18,358 bases of DNA from Thermodesulfobacteriota bacterium. GTDB taxonomy: Bacteria; Desulfobacterota; Desulfobulbia; Desulfobulbales; SURF-16. How positions within the stretch are numbered: the stretch's first letter is position 1; every line of letters begins with the position of its first letter. Both the position numbers and the translations under genes were made by a program. This document shows positions 9,215 through 17,990 of this stretch, in pieces. Location of the stretch: contig JBDLIE010000052.1 of assembly GCA_039715015.1 (NCBI GenBank), positions 1 through 18,358 of the forward strand. The letters are read 5' to 3'. The notes under the pieces are model-generated. The model saw only the letters and a list, made by a program, of their open reading frames with translations. It had not been told where the DNA came from and made no database searches.

Positions 9215-10609
9215 TTAGCCCTGCATTTTATGCTTGGCAAGGAGGCGGTAAAAATGGGTGCGCGACAGGCCGGCCATCTGGCTGGCAGCGGAAACATTAC
9301 CCTGGCTCAAGGCCAGCACCTGGTGCAGGTACTCCCTCTCAAACCTGTCCTTGGCCTCCTGCAAGGGCGGCGGCGGCCCCTGGTTCACAAGGTTTTCCGG
9401 GGTCTGGGCAGGCTGTTGAGGTTGGGCGGTGATCGAACTGCGGGCCTGATGGATGCGCAGTTTTTCCGGCAGGTGGGTGGCAAAAAGGGTAGGGGAGTGG
9501 AGAGCAACAGTAAAGGCCTGTTCCAGGGTCTGAAAGAGCTCACGGACATTGCCGGGCCAGTCATAGGCGGTCAGGGTAGCTAGAAAGTCGGAGCTGAAGC
9601 CCTTACACTCTAGATTATTACGTTCGCAAAGGGAGCCCATGAAATGGCCTGCCAGCAGTTTGAGGTCCACTGTCCGCTCCCGCAGGGGGGGGAGGTGAAT
9701 GGTAAAGGCCTGGATGCGAAAGAGGAGGTCGGCCCGAAACGTCCCGGCCTCCACCATCTCGGCCAGGTTGCGGTTGGTGGCGGCAACCAGACGAAAATCA
9801 CTGTGGATCTCCTGTCTGCCGCCCACCGGCCGAAAATGTTTTTCCTGGAGAACGCGCAGGAAAGATTTCTGGAGGTGGAGGGGCAGTTCTCCCACCTCAT
9901 CGAGAAAGAGGATACCGCTGTCCGCCAGTTTGACCAGGCCGTCCATGGCCTGGCCTGCGCCGGTAAAGGCCCCCTTGCTATGGCCAAAAAGGGTGCTCTC
10001 AATAAGGTTTTCCGGCAGAGAGGCGCAGTCCACCACAATGAAATTGCCGGCCGCCCGTTTGCTGTTGTCGTGGATGGCCCGGGCAAATACCTCCTTGCCG
10101 GTGCCTGTCTCGCCGGTTAACAGAACGCCAACATCGCCCGAGGCAGCCAGGGCAAGCTGGTCAAGGCAGCGGGAGATGGCCGGGCTGTTGCCGATTATAT
10201 GTTCTCTCTTTAAAGATACCGGTTGCGGATTACTGCGGCCCTTTTCCATCCGGTACTCAAGGGCGCGGGTCAGATGGAGGTTGAGGTCTCTGGTGAGCTG
10301 CGTTTTTTCAACATAGCCCCAGGCCCCGCTTTTAATCGCCTTCTCCGCCCCATCCTGGTCTCCTTGGCCGGTCATGATGAGGATTTCAGGGTGTGAGGAA
10401 ACAGCGCGAAATTGCGGCAGAAAATCAAGGCCGTTGCCATCCGGCATATAGACGTCCAGCAGGATGGCCGCAAACGAGCCTTTTTGGGCCGCCGCCAGGC
10501 CGGCACTGAGGTTGTTCGCCGCGGCCACTGTGTGGCCGTGGTGGCTTAGGAACCCCTCCAGGAGCTTGATGATACCTGGATCATCATCAACAACAAGAAT
10601 TTCAGCCAT
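9215..10609 (-). CDS. Sigma54-dependent response regulator (REC-AAA+-Fis HTH, NtrC family)
   Basis: ILVVDDD and LLDVYMPD in the REC domain, GETGTGKE Walker A, GAFTGA, LFLDEVGE Walker B, WPGNVREL, C-terminal GNVSAASQMAGLSRTHFYRLL HTH. Confidence 0.97.
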   Translation of the reverse strand: MAEILVVDDDPGIIKLLEGFLSHHGHTVAAANNLSAGLAAAQKGSFAAILLDVYMPDGNGLDFLPQFRAVSSHPEILIMTGQGDQDGAEKAIKSGAWGYVEKTQLTRDLNLHLTRALEYRMEKGRSNPQPVSLKREHIIGNSPAISRCLDQLALAASGDVGVLLTGETGTGKEVFARAIHDNSKRAAGNFIVVDCASLPENLIESTLFGHSKGAFTGAGQAMDGLVKLADSGILFLDEVGELPLHLQKSFLRVLQEKHFRPVGGRQEIHSDFRLVAATNRNLAEMVEAGTFRADLLFRIQAFTIHLPPLRERTVDLKLLAGHFMGSLCERNNLECKGFSSDFLATLTAYDWPGNVRELFQTLEQAFTVALHSPTLFATHLPEKLRIHQARSSITAQPQQPAQTPENLVNQGPPPPLQEAKDRFEREYLHQVLALSQGNVSAASQMAGLSRTHFYRLLAKHKMQG

Positions 10610-13262
10610 TGTCCAGGGCCTCGCGTACCGTGTGGGCTAATTGTTTCCTGGTGACGGGTTTCTTCAGGAAATTCTTGATGCCAAGGCCCTGGGCAGCCTC
10701 CGCGCTAAGGACAGAGCTATAGCCTGTACAGATAATCATGGCCATGGCCGGGCGTATCTTAAAGACCTCCTGGGCCAGTTCTGCCCCGGTCATCTTGGGC
10801 ATGGTTTGGTCGCTGATAATCAGATCAAAGCGCTCAGGGTCGCTACGAAAAAGGGAAAGGGCCTCATGGCTGTCGGTGCTTGCCACCGCTTTGTAGCCCA
10901 GGCCCTCGAGGATGGAGGTGCAGAGTGTAACGATCTCTGGTTCATCATCAATTACCAGGATATGCTCGTGGCCTGTGGGGAGTTCGGCGCCCACCTCGTC
11001 ATTTTGATCAGAGAGGCTCACCTCTGGCAGGGCCGGAATATAGATACGGAAAGTCGTACCCTGTCCCTCTGTGCTGTCGACCTTGATAAAGCCTTTGCAG
11101 TCTTTGACAATGCCGTAAATAACGGCAAGGCCCAGCCCCGTACCTTTCCCCTTCTTTTTCGTGGTAAAATAGGGGTCAAAGATGCGGTCCATAATCGTGC
11201 GATCAATGCCGACGCCAGTGTCCTGCACAGTTAATTCGACAAACGAACCCGGGACAACGCCGACCTCGGTGATTTCATCGCTATCAAGCACCTTGCCGGC
11301 AAGGCTGACCTCAATGGTGCCTTTTTCCTGTTTGAGGGCATGGAGGGCATTGGTGCATAGGTTGACCACTATCTGGTGGATATTGGTGGGGTCAGCCATG
11401 ATGAAACCGCTTTGGGGGTCGAGCCGTTCTTTCAGCTCCACAGTGGAGGGCAGCGATGAGCGCAGCATTTTCAAGGCCTCTCTGACGATAAGGTGCGGTT
11501 TTAGGGGCTGGCTATGGCGGTCTGCCTTGCGGCTGAAGGTGAGTATCTGGTTGACCAGGTCAACCGCTCGGCCGGCGGCAAGTTTTATCTGGTCAATATT
11601 GCCTACAATGTCTTCACCGCTTTTAAACTTGAGCAGGGACATCTCGGCAAAACCAAGAATGACCCCAAGGATATTGTTGAAATCATGGGCAATGCCGCCG
11701 GCCAGGGTGCCGATGGCCTCCATCTTTTGTGACTGCTGGAGCTTTTCTTCGAGCTTCTTCTTCTCCTTTTCGGCCTGCTTGCGGGCGGTTATGTCAAGAA
11801 TAATGGCGACATAGACCTTGCGGTCAAGATAGCTTGATGCTTGCAGATGGACCTCTACGGCATAGCTTGAACCATCTTTACGGCGGTGTCGTGTTTCAAA
11901 GATGAGGCATTTTTCTTGCTCGGCAATAAGCGGCTCTATCTTGGCCAGGAAGCCCTCATGGTTAAGGTCCGGTTTTATGTCAATGGGGGTCATGCGGCTC
12001 AGTTCATCGGCATCGTACCCCAGGTTCTTTTGGGCTCCCTTATTGACCCTTAAAAAAATGAAGGTTGCCGCATCAAAGATATAAATCTCATTAAGCGACT
12101 CTTCGAGGATATAATCAAAACTGGCCTTCTGTTTGGCGTAGGATTTCTCCAATCTCTGCTGGGAAAGGAGAAGGGCCCTGTTACGCCTGCTGACATAGAA
12201 TGAGGCCAGTAGCGAGGCCAGCATTACCAGGAGGACGGCAAGGAGAATGTGCCAATAATTTTTTAGAACATCGGAGAAGTATATTTTCCCCAGTTCCTCG
12301 TAAGGCCAGACCCGAAGATCCTGCAGACATTGGCGTACAGATTGGTATTGATGGGGAATGGTCCAACCGCCGATATGGGCGGCTTGGGCGGCCTTTGTTG
12401 AGGCCGCCATGGCATACAGGGCACCGGCAACCGCCTTGGCCAAGTTTTCGTCGGTATGATTGAGCATGGCAAAGGGCCATTCCGGATAGAGGTGGGTGGA
12501 GCGCAGAAAGGGAAATTGGTCATAACGGGTGTAGTGAATGAGGTCATCATGGGTGTGTTCATGATGTTTATGGCTAAAGGGGATAATATTGAAGTCGGCC
12601 AGGGATATCTTTTCTTCAAGGGCCATGCGCTCCAGAGCATCGGTGCGAACCGTGCCGGCATCCGCCTTGCCTGCCAAAACACCATAGACCACAGCGTCAT
12701 GGGTGCCGGCAAAAGAGAGGCGGCGCAAATCACGGTCCGGATCAATGCCGTGAATTGTGAGTTCGCGCAAGGCAACGAGCCAGCCCCCTAATGACTGGCG
12801 ATCTACGGCCATCAAGCTTTTAGCCTTAAGGTCTTTGAGGGAATGGATGTCTTGCCGGTCGGCCTTGCTGAATATTACGCCACCAAATTCAGTGGATTCC
12901 TGGCCGTTAAACAGGTTCTTTAATGTTGCCACACAGCTTGTGCCATGGAGTGCTTCCAGGCCGGCAAAGATGGCTGGGTTGGCCAGGATGAAATCAAGCT
13001 CTTTATTCCGGACAGCAGGTACGATTTCTTTAAAGCGGAGAGGGACGATGGAAAAGGAGTAGCCCGGAATCTGGGAGTTTAGGTAGGCAGCTGTTGGTGA
13101 CCAGCGTTTCAGACAGACCTCGGGGCCCCGTTTGGCCAAGACGCCAATGATGACCTCAACCGTTTCTGGTCGGCAATAGGCCCTGCTCGTCAACAGGAAG
13201 AGGGCGCAGAGGATCAGTACGCCTACCTTTATGAATACTCTTGCCTGCTGTTTTGTCACCAT
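10602..13262 (-). CDS. Hybrid sensor histidine kinase: PhnD/TtrS-like periplasmic binding domain, TM, PAS, HisKA, HATPase, REC
   Basis: IGVLAKRG...RWSPTAAYL, LANP and STHLYPEWPFA in the sensor; PAS ending ILDITARK; GGIAHDFNNIL, NLCTNA, DTGVGI, FDPYFTTK, GTGLGL; REC with IISDQTMP. ATG 13262 preferred over 13304. 8-nt overlap with the regulator. Confidence 0.93.
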   Translation of the reverse strand: MVTKQQARVFIKVGVLILCALFLLTSRAYCRPETVEVIIGVLAKRGPEVCLKRWSPTAAYLNSQIPGYSFSIVPLRFKEIVPAVRNKELDFILANPAIFAGLEALHGTSCVATLKNLFNGQESTEFGGVIFSKADRQDIHSLKDLKAKSLMAVDRQSLGGWLVALRELTIHGIDPDRDLRRLSFAGTHDAVVYGVLAGKADAGTVRTDALERMALEEKISLADFNIIPFSHKHHEHTHDDLIHYTRYDQFPFLRSTHLYPEWPFAMLNHTDENLAKAVAGALYAMAASTKAAQAAHIGGWTIPHQYQSVRQCLQDLRVWPYEELGKIYFSDVLKNYWHILLAVLLVMLASLLASFYVSRRNRALLLSQQRLEKSYAKQKASFDYILEESLNEIYIFDAATFIFLRVNKGAQKNLGYDADELSRMTPIDIKPDLNHEGFLAKIEPLIAEQEKCLIFETRHRRKDGSSYAVEVHLQASSYLDRKVYVAIILDITARKQAEKEKKKLEEKLQQSQKMEAIGTLAGGIAHDFNNILGVILGFAEMSLLKFKSGEDIVGNIDQIKLAAGRAVDLVNQILTFSRKADRHSQPLKPHLIVREALKMLRSSLPSTVELKERLDPQSGFIMADPTNIHQIVVNLCTNALHALKQEKGTIEVSLAGKVLDSDEITEVGVVPGSFVELTVQDTGVGIDRTIMDRIFDPYFTTKKKGKGTGLGLAVIYGIVKDCKGFIKVDSTEGQGTTFRIYIPALPEVSLSDQNDEVGAELPTGHEHILVIDDEPEIVTLCTSILEGLGYKAVASTDSHEALSLFRSDPERFDLIISDQTMPKMTGAELAQEVFKIRPAMAMIICTGYSSVLSAEAAQGLGIKNFLKKPVTRKQLAHTVREALDNG

Positions 13263-13413
13263 TGTGCCTTTCTTTGCCCCCTCCCCATACACATGAAATG
13301 ACATAATGTTTCATGAAGACAGTTAGGTATGATGTCATCTTTTGAGGGGCTTTGTCCAGTTTTTTGGTAGGAAGGCGTGCTGGAGGTGTTGTCTCAAGAA
13401 AGGGACTAAAGGC

Positions 13414-13449
13414 AAAAAAAAGCCCGTAACGAAAAACGTTACGGGCTTT
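13414..13449 (-). terminator. Rho-independent terminator, probably the native tRNA-Leu/operon terminator displaced by an insertion
   Basis: Perfect 13-bp stem AAAGCCCGTAACG / CGTTACGGGCTTT with a 5-nt loop and a run of 8 T on the minus strand. Confidence 0.9.
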
Positions 13450-13459
13450 AGAGTAAAAA

Positions 13460-13638
13460 TGGTGCGAAGCTTGAGGCCATGGCCATCATTTAGTTTGTAT
13501 GGCTTTTCCTTTTTGAAATACCCGCATTTTTCCTGGATGTCAAAGGAGGGTGCCGGACAGTGCCGGACAAAAGAAAACCCTGAAAGCTTAGAGCTAACAG
13601 GGTTTCTGGACATTCTCGGATGAGAATGGATTTAAACA
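13460..13638 (-). mobile_element. Collapsed remnant of a tRNA-integrated element with a P4-type tyrosine integrase fragment
   Basis: Degenerate copy of the tRNA 3' end (CTTCG-CACCA at 13460-13469 vs CTTCGGCACCA); peptide KKEKPYKLNDGHGL (13473-13514) resembling the P4 integrase arm-binding N-terminus; tandem GTGCCGGACA x2 (13550-13569); hairpin at ~13573-13606. Confidence 0.7.
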
Positions 13639-13724
13639 TGGTGCCGAAGGCGAGAATCGAACTCGCACGGCCGTGGGCCACTACCCCCTCAAGATAGCGT
13701 GTCTACCAATTCCACCACTTCGGC
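13639..13724 (-). tRNA. tRNA-Leu (anticodon GAG)
   Basis: 86 nt; acceptor stem GCCGAAG/CTTCGGC plus ACCA, D loop TGGTAGAC, anticodon arm CTATC-TTGAGGG-GGTAG, long variable arm, T loop GTTCGATT. Canonical position after secG. Confidence 0.97.
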
Positions 13725-13742
13725 AACAATTCTATGTCTCTA

Positions 13743-14114
13743 TTAGTGACCTGAAGCTTCTTGGCTCACAGGTGCTGGCTCTTCAGCTTTCTGGGTTACA
13801 TCAGGTACGGGCTGAATGGCCTTTTCTATACCACTTTCATTTTCATTTGGCACGGAAATTTGTTTCATCACCGAGCTGGAAGAATCATTGGCTGAAATAT
13901 AGGCCAAGGTCAGGCTGGTGATCATAAAAATAACCGCTGAGGCAGTGGTCACTTTGCTTAAAATGGGCATGGGGCCGTCAGCGCCAAAGACCGTCTGGTT
14001 GGAGCCGCCGCCAAAGGTAGCGCCCATGTCCGCACCCTTGCCCTGCTGCAGCAAAACAATGCCGATGAGAAACAGGCAAACAAGAATGTGGAGGATGATC
14101 AGAAGAGTGGTCAT
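13743..14114 (-). CDS. secG: Preprotein translocase subunit SecG
   Basis: Two TM segments, VLLQQGKGADMGATFGGG motif, tpiA-secG-tRNA-Leu synteny. Confidence 0.97.
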   Translation of the reverse strand: MTTLLIILHILVCLFLIGIVLLQQGKGADMGATFGGGSNQTVFGADGPMPILSKVTTASAVIFMITSLTLAYISANDSSSSVMKQISVPNENESGIEKAIQPVPDVTQKAEEPAPVSQEASGH

Positions 14115-14126
14115 ATTATTTTGTTA

Positions 14127-14885
14127 CTATTCAAAATTTATAATGGGCAGAAAGGATTCTGCTTTGAGGGCGGCACCGCCAACAAGGGCGCCGTCCACGT
14201 CGATCTGGCTCATAAGTTCGTTTACATTGGCCGGATTGACCGAGCCACCATACAATATTCTTATTTGCTGAGCAATAGCTTTGTCAAAAATATCAGCAAG
14301 CATAGAGCGACAAAATTCGTGAACTTCCTGGGCCTGGGCTGCTGAGGCAGTCTTGCCGGTGCCAATGGCCCATACCGGCTCGTAGGCGACAACAAGCTGG
14401 TTGCCGTTGGAGATGGAGGTCTCGGCAAGGCCCTGAAGCAGCTGTTTTTCAAGGACGGCCATGGTGGCGTTATTTTCTCTCTCCTCAAGGGTTTCGCCGA
14501 TGCAGAGAATGGGAATAAGCGCAGAACTCAGAGCGCCGCGCACACGTTTGTTAACGAGGTCATTACTTTCGGCAAAGATCTGCCGCCTTTCAGAGTGGCC
14601 GATGATGGCCATGCTAGCGCCGGCTTCTTTGAGCATGAGAGGCGATATCTCACCGGTAAAGGCACCCTTGTCCTCCCAGCAGATATTTTGGGCGGCGAGT
14701 TCAATGCCGGTACCGCGCAGGACGTCACCCACTGCATTTAAGGCCGGAGCAGAGGGGGCTAACATTACCTGGCGGCCGGAAGGGATAGGTTGGGCGGCAA
14801 TGGCCTGGGCAAGCTCTATGGCCTCGGCAACAGTGGTGAACATCTTCCAGTTGCCGGCCAGCAGCGGTGTTCTTTCCATAGACAT
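14127..14885 (-). CDS. tpiA: Triosephosphate isomerase
   Basis: AGNWKM, GAFTGEIS, GHSERR, AYEPVWAIGTG, LYGGSV, GALVGGA. Confidence 0.99.
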   Translation of the reverse strand: MSMERTPLLAGNWKMFTTVAEAIELAQAIAAQPIPSGRQVMLAPSAPALNAVGDVLRGTGIELAAQNICWEDKGAFTGEISPLMLKEAGASMAIIGHSERRQIFAESNDLVNKRVRGALSSALIPILCIGETLEERENNATMAVLEKQLLQGLAETSISNGNQLVVAYEPVWAIGTGKTASAAQAQEVHEFCRSMLADIFDKAIAQQIRILYGGSVNPANVNELMSQIDVDGALVGGAALKAESFLPIINFE

Positions 14886-14892
14886 TTCTTCC

Positions 14893-16077
14893 TTAGGCTT
14901 TGTTGTTTAAGGCCATAACACCGGGGAGTTCTTTGCCCTCCATAAGCATGAGGAAGGCACCTCCACCAGTGGACATATAGGAGATGTTGTTGGTCTCACC
15001 TGCCTTGTGAACAGCGACATCGGTATCGCCACCGCCGACAATGGTCAGGGCATGGGATGCCGCAACATGGGAAACCATGGCCATGGTGCCCCGTGAAAAG
15101 GCATCCATCTCAAAGGCACCCATGGGGCCGTTCCAGATAATGGTCTTGGCAGATTCCAGGGCCTCGTTAAAGAGGGTGGTGGAGGCCGGACCGATGTCAA
15201 GAATCATCCACTCGGCCGGAACCTCCTGGCTTGTGGTCTGTTTGGTCTCCGCATCTGCGGCAAATTTGTCGGCAACAATGCAGTCCACCGGCAAATAGAG
15301 TTTGACGTTCTGCTCTTGGGCCTTCTTCATCAGGCTTTTGGCGGTGTCGATCAGATCATTCTCAACCAGGGATTTGCCGACCTGGTAGCCCATGGCCTTG
15401 AGAAAGGTATTGGCCATGGCGCCGCCGATAATCATTTTGTCCACCCGGTCCATGAGGTTGCGCAGGGCGCCGAGCTTGCTCGATACCTTGGCGCCGCCGA
15501 TAATGGCTATGAGTGGCCGCCTGGGGTCGGCAACGGAGCGGTGGAAATAGTCCATCTCTTTCTGGAGCAGGAAACCGGCGGCGCAAGTCTCCATGTGTTC
15601 GGTGATTCCCACCACTGAGGCATGGGCCCGATGGGCCACGGCAAAGGCATCGTTTATATAGATGTCGGCCAGTTGAGCCAGTTTCTTGGCAAAGTCAGAA
15701 TTGTTTTCCTGCTCGTCACTGTAAAAACGTAGGTTCTCAAGAAGGATCACATCTCCGGGTTGCATGGCGGCAACCATCTCTTCGACCTCAGGGCCAATAC
15801 AGTCTGGAGCTAGTTTGACCTCTTTGTTGATCAGGCGGCCCAACCGTTTGGCAGCCGGAGCAAGGCTGAATTTTTCGTTGCGCTGTCCCTTGGGGCGTCC
15901 CATGTGGGACATGATAATAATTTTGGCATGCTCGTCAAGGGCATGATTGATGGTGGGCAGGACGCCGCGGATACGGGTGTCATCGGTGATATTGCCCTGG
16001 CTGTCCAGGGGCACATTAAAGTCAACGCGAATGAGAAGGCTTTTATCTTTGATGTCAAAATCGCGGATATTTTTCAC
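14893..16077 (-). CDS. pgk: Phosphoglycerate kinase
   Basis: [56 protein letters not shown] start with GGAG RBS. Confidence 0.99.
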   Translation of the reverse strand: MKNIRDFDIKDKSLLIRVDFNVPLDSQGNITDDTRIRGVLPTINHALDEHAKIIIMSHMGRPKGQRNEKFSLAPAAKRLGRLINKEVKLAPDCIGPEVEEMVAAMQPGDVILLENLRFYSDEQENNSDFAKKLAQLADIYINDAFAVAHRAHASVVGITEHMETCAAGFLLQKEMDYFHRSVADPRRPLIAIIGGAKVSSKLGALRNLMDRVDKMIIGGAMANTFLKAMGYQVGKSLVENDLIDTAKSLMKKAQEQNVKLYLPVDCIVADKFAADAETKQTTSQEVPAEWMILDIGPASTTLFNEALESAKTIIWNGPMGAFEMDAFSRGTMAMVSHVAASHALTIVGGGDTDVAVHKAGETNNISYMSTGGGAFLMLMEGKELPGVMALNNKA

Positions 16078-16117
16078 AGAAATTCTCCAGATGAAAAGCG
16101 AGTAAAAAGAGCAGGCG

Positions 16118-16585
16118 TCAGGACGCTGAAATACTCTGTTGTTGCTGAAGTCTCATGATAATAGCATCCTCCTTGGGGGAGTTGTAGTATTTTTTTCTAA
16201 GACCGCAGGGGCGGAAAGCAAATGAACTATAGAGTAGTTGGGCCGGCTGGTTTGAGGCGCGGAGCTCAAGAAAACAGGAGAGAGAGCCGCTGTTTTCAAG
16301 AAAGGCCAGGGCATGATCAAGAAGGCGGTGGCCGATATGCTGGCGTCGAAAGGCATTGGCCACAGCAATCTTATGGATTTCGCCTTCGTCAGCAAGGATC
16401 TGGCCGCAGATGAAGCCTACCAGGGCCTGACTCTCTGTGGACCGGGCAACAAACTGCCAGCTATGTTTCTGTGGTAACTGGTTTATAAAATGGGAGGCAG
16501 CCCAGGGGGACAGGTTTTCCCTGTCGAGCTGGACCGCCTCATCCACATCATCAGCCGTCATAGAGCTGATGATGATATCAATCAC
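16118..16585 (-). CDS. rimI: RimI-family GNAT N-acetyltransferase
   Basis: [12 protein letters not shown]...[39 protein letters not shown] start overlaps the gap stop (GTGA). Confidence 0.85.
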   Translation of the reverse strand: MIDIIISSMTADDVDEAVQLDRENLSPWAASHFINQLPQKHSWQFVARSTESQALVGFICGQILADEGEIHKIAVANAFRRQHIGHRLLDHALAFLENSGSLSCFLELRASNQPAQLLYSSFAFRPCGLRKKYYNSPKEDAIIMRLQQQQSISAS

Positions 16586-17799
16586 ACCATCTGGTCGGCA
16601 ATGGAGACAACCCGGTCGGCCAGCATATTGGTGTAGCTGCCCAGCTCATTGTCGTACCAACCGTAGATGACGGCCTGAGTCACCGGCACATTGAGGAAAT
16701 TGGGGCCGTCACTGTCATCCTTGGTACAGCCCAGACGGTCCATGTTGACCCGGATGGCTGCGGTGCGGGTGTGGGTTTCAGTAGCCTCGATAATAGTAGC
16801 CGCAGCAGGGGTGCCGATAATATCCGTGGAGACATTCTGCTCTTCAGAATACTCAAGGTAAGAGGTGGTCTTGCCGTAGGCCTCGTAGATGCCGTTAATC
16901 TTGGCACGGTTGATCGGGTCCTCCAGGGTGTCTTGGAGGTTAAGAACCAGGACAATGAGAGAGCCGGTTGAGGTCGGGATCCTGACTGATTCAGCGATAA
17001 AACCAATCTCCTTCATCTCGGGGATAACCAGGCGCAGGGCTTTGGCTGCCCCGGTGGTGGTGAGGATAATATTGTTCAGGATAGAGCGGTTCTTACGCAG
17101 GTCAGATGCCCCTGTCTTGGGCAGCGAGTCGAGAACCTTCTGGCTGCCTGTGGCGGCATGGACGGTGACCATGGAGGCGGAGAGAAAATTCTCAGCGCCA
17201 AAAGCATCAAGAAGCGGCTTCATCATAAAGGAAAGACAGGTGGTGGTACAGGAGGCCGCTGAAATCAGGTTGTGCTGGGAGGGGATGTAGTCATCCTCAT
17301 TGATGCCCATAACTGTGGTGATGGCGTCATCCGGCATCTCCATACCCTTGGCCTTGATCTTAAAAGGTGCGGAAAGAATGACCTTTTCAGCGCCGCCTAC
17401 CTGATGGCCGCGGAAGGCGCCGTAGCCGGAGTCGGGCTCGGCAGTGGGGTCGGTGAATACGCCGGTGGTATCTACCACGATGCGTACATCGTTTTCTTTC
17501 CACTTAATATCCTTGGGGTTGCGGGATTCACGCAGGATCTTAACTGGCATACCATTTACAGTCATGGTGCCTTCGGCATGATTGATATTCTCAATAACCC
17601 GGCCACCTTTCCAGCCGTGTAAAAAATTACTGAGACGGCCATAGGAGCTGTCTTTTTCAATGGAGGCAGCCAGGTCTTCCAGGCTCTGGCCGATTTCACG
17701 ACCTGTATTGGCCACAATGCCGGAAAAATGTTTGCGGCCTACATGGTGCCAGAGTGATAGTTTACCGATACGACCGAGGCCGTTTAACCCGAGTTTCAT
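16582..17799 (-). CDS. gap: Glyceraldehyde-3-phosphate dehydrogenase, long divergent form
   Basis: GLNGLGRIG, GAEKVILSAP, catalytic AASCTTTCL, TVHA, TTGAAKA, RIPT, WYDNE. AAGGAG RBS; first gene of the pgk-tpi operon. Confidence 0.93.
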   Translation of the reverse strand: MKLGLNGLGRIGKLSLWHHVGRKHFSGIVANTGREIGQSLEDLAASIEKDSSYGRLSNFLHGWKGGRVIENINHAEGTMTVNGMPVKILRESRNPKDIKWKENDVRIVVDTTGVFTDPTAEPDSGYGAFRGHQVGGAEKVILSAPFKIKAKGMEMPDDAITTVMGINEDDYIPSQHNLISAASCTTTCLSFMMKPLLDAFGAENFLSASMVTVHAATGSQKVLDSLPKTGASDLRKNRSILNNIILTTTGAAKALRLVIPEMKEIGFIAESVRIPTSTGSLIVLVLNLQDTLEDPINRAKINGIYEAYGKTTSYLEYSEEQNVSTDIIGTPAAATIIEATETHTRTAAIRVNMDRLGCTKDDSDGPNFLNVPVTQAVIYGWYDNELGSYTNMLADRVVSIADQMV

Positions 17800-17900
17800 C
17801 TGGTTAAATCTCCTTTTTTTACGTTAGGGAGGTGTTCATCAAAGGACAAAATCATCATTAAAATAGTCTCGCGCACCGTACAGAAGCGCCAAGATACGGG

Positions 17901-17929
17901 ACTATAAATAAGGATGATTTTGTGTGCAA
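17901..17929 (-). promoter_or_regulatory. Candidate sigma70 promoter of the gap operon
   Basis: Minus strand TTGCAC-N17-TATAGT, about 100 nt upstream of the gap ATG. Confidence 0.6.
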
Positions 17930-17990
17930 GTAAAACTATGGATTTTTCAGAAAAACCGTGTCGGCAAAGGGGTTTAAGTCCGTAAGAATA

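Noticed and set aside
13335..13613. 92-aa ORF as a functional protein
   Set aside because: It runs through hairpins, the att-like copy and the terminator; only 14 codons resemble an integrase, so it is treated as a relic.
4214..13638. Whole signalling cassette as the cargo of the tRNA-Leu island
   Set aside because: The att-like duplicate and terminator lie only ~180 bp from the tRNA, before the cassette. I saw no distal att copy or mobility gene.
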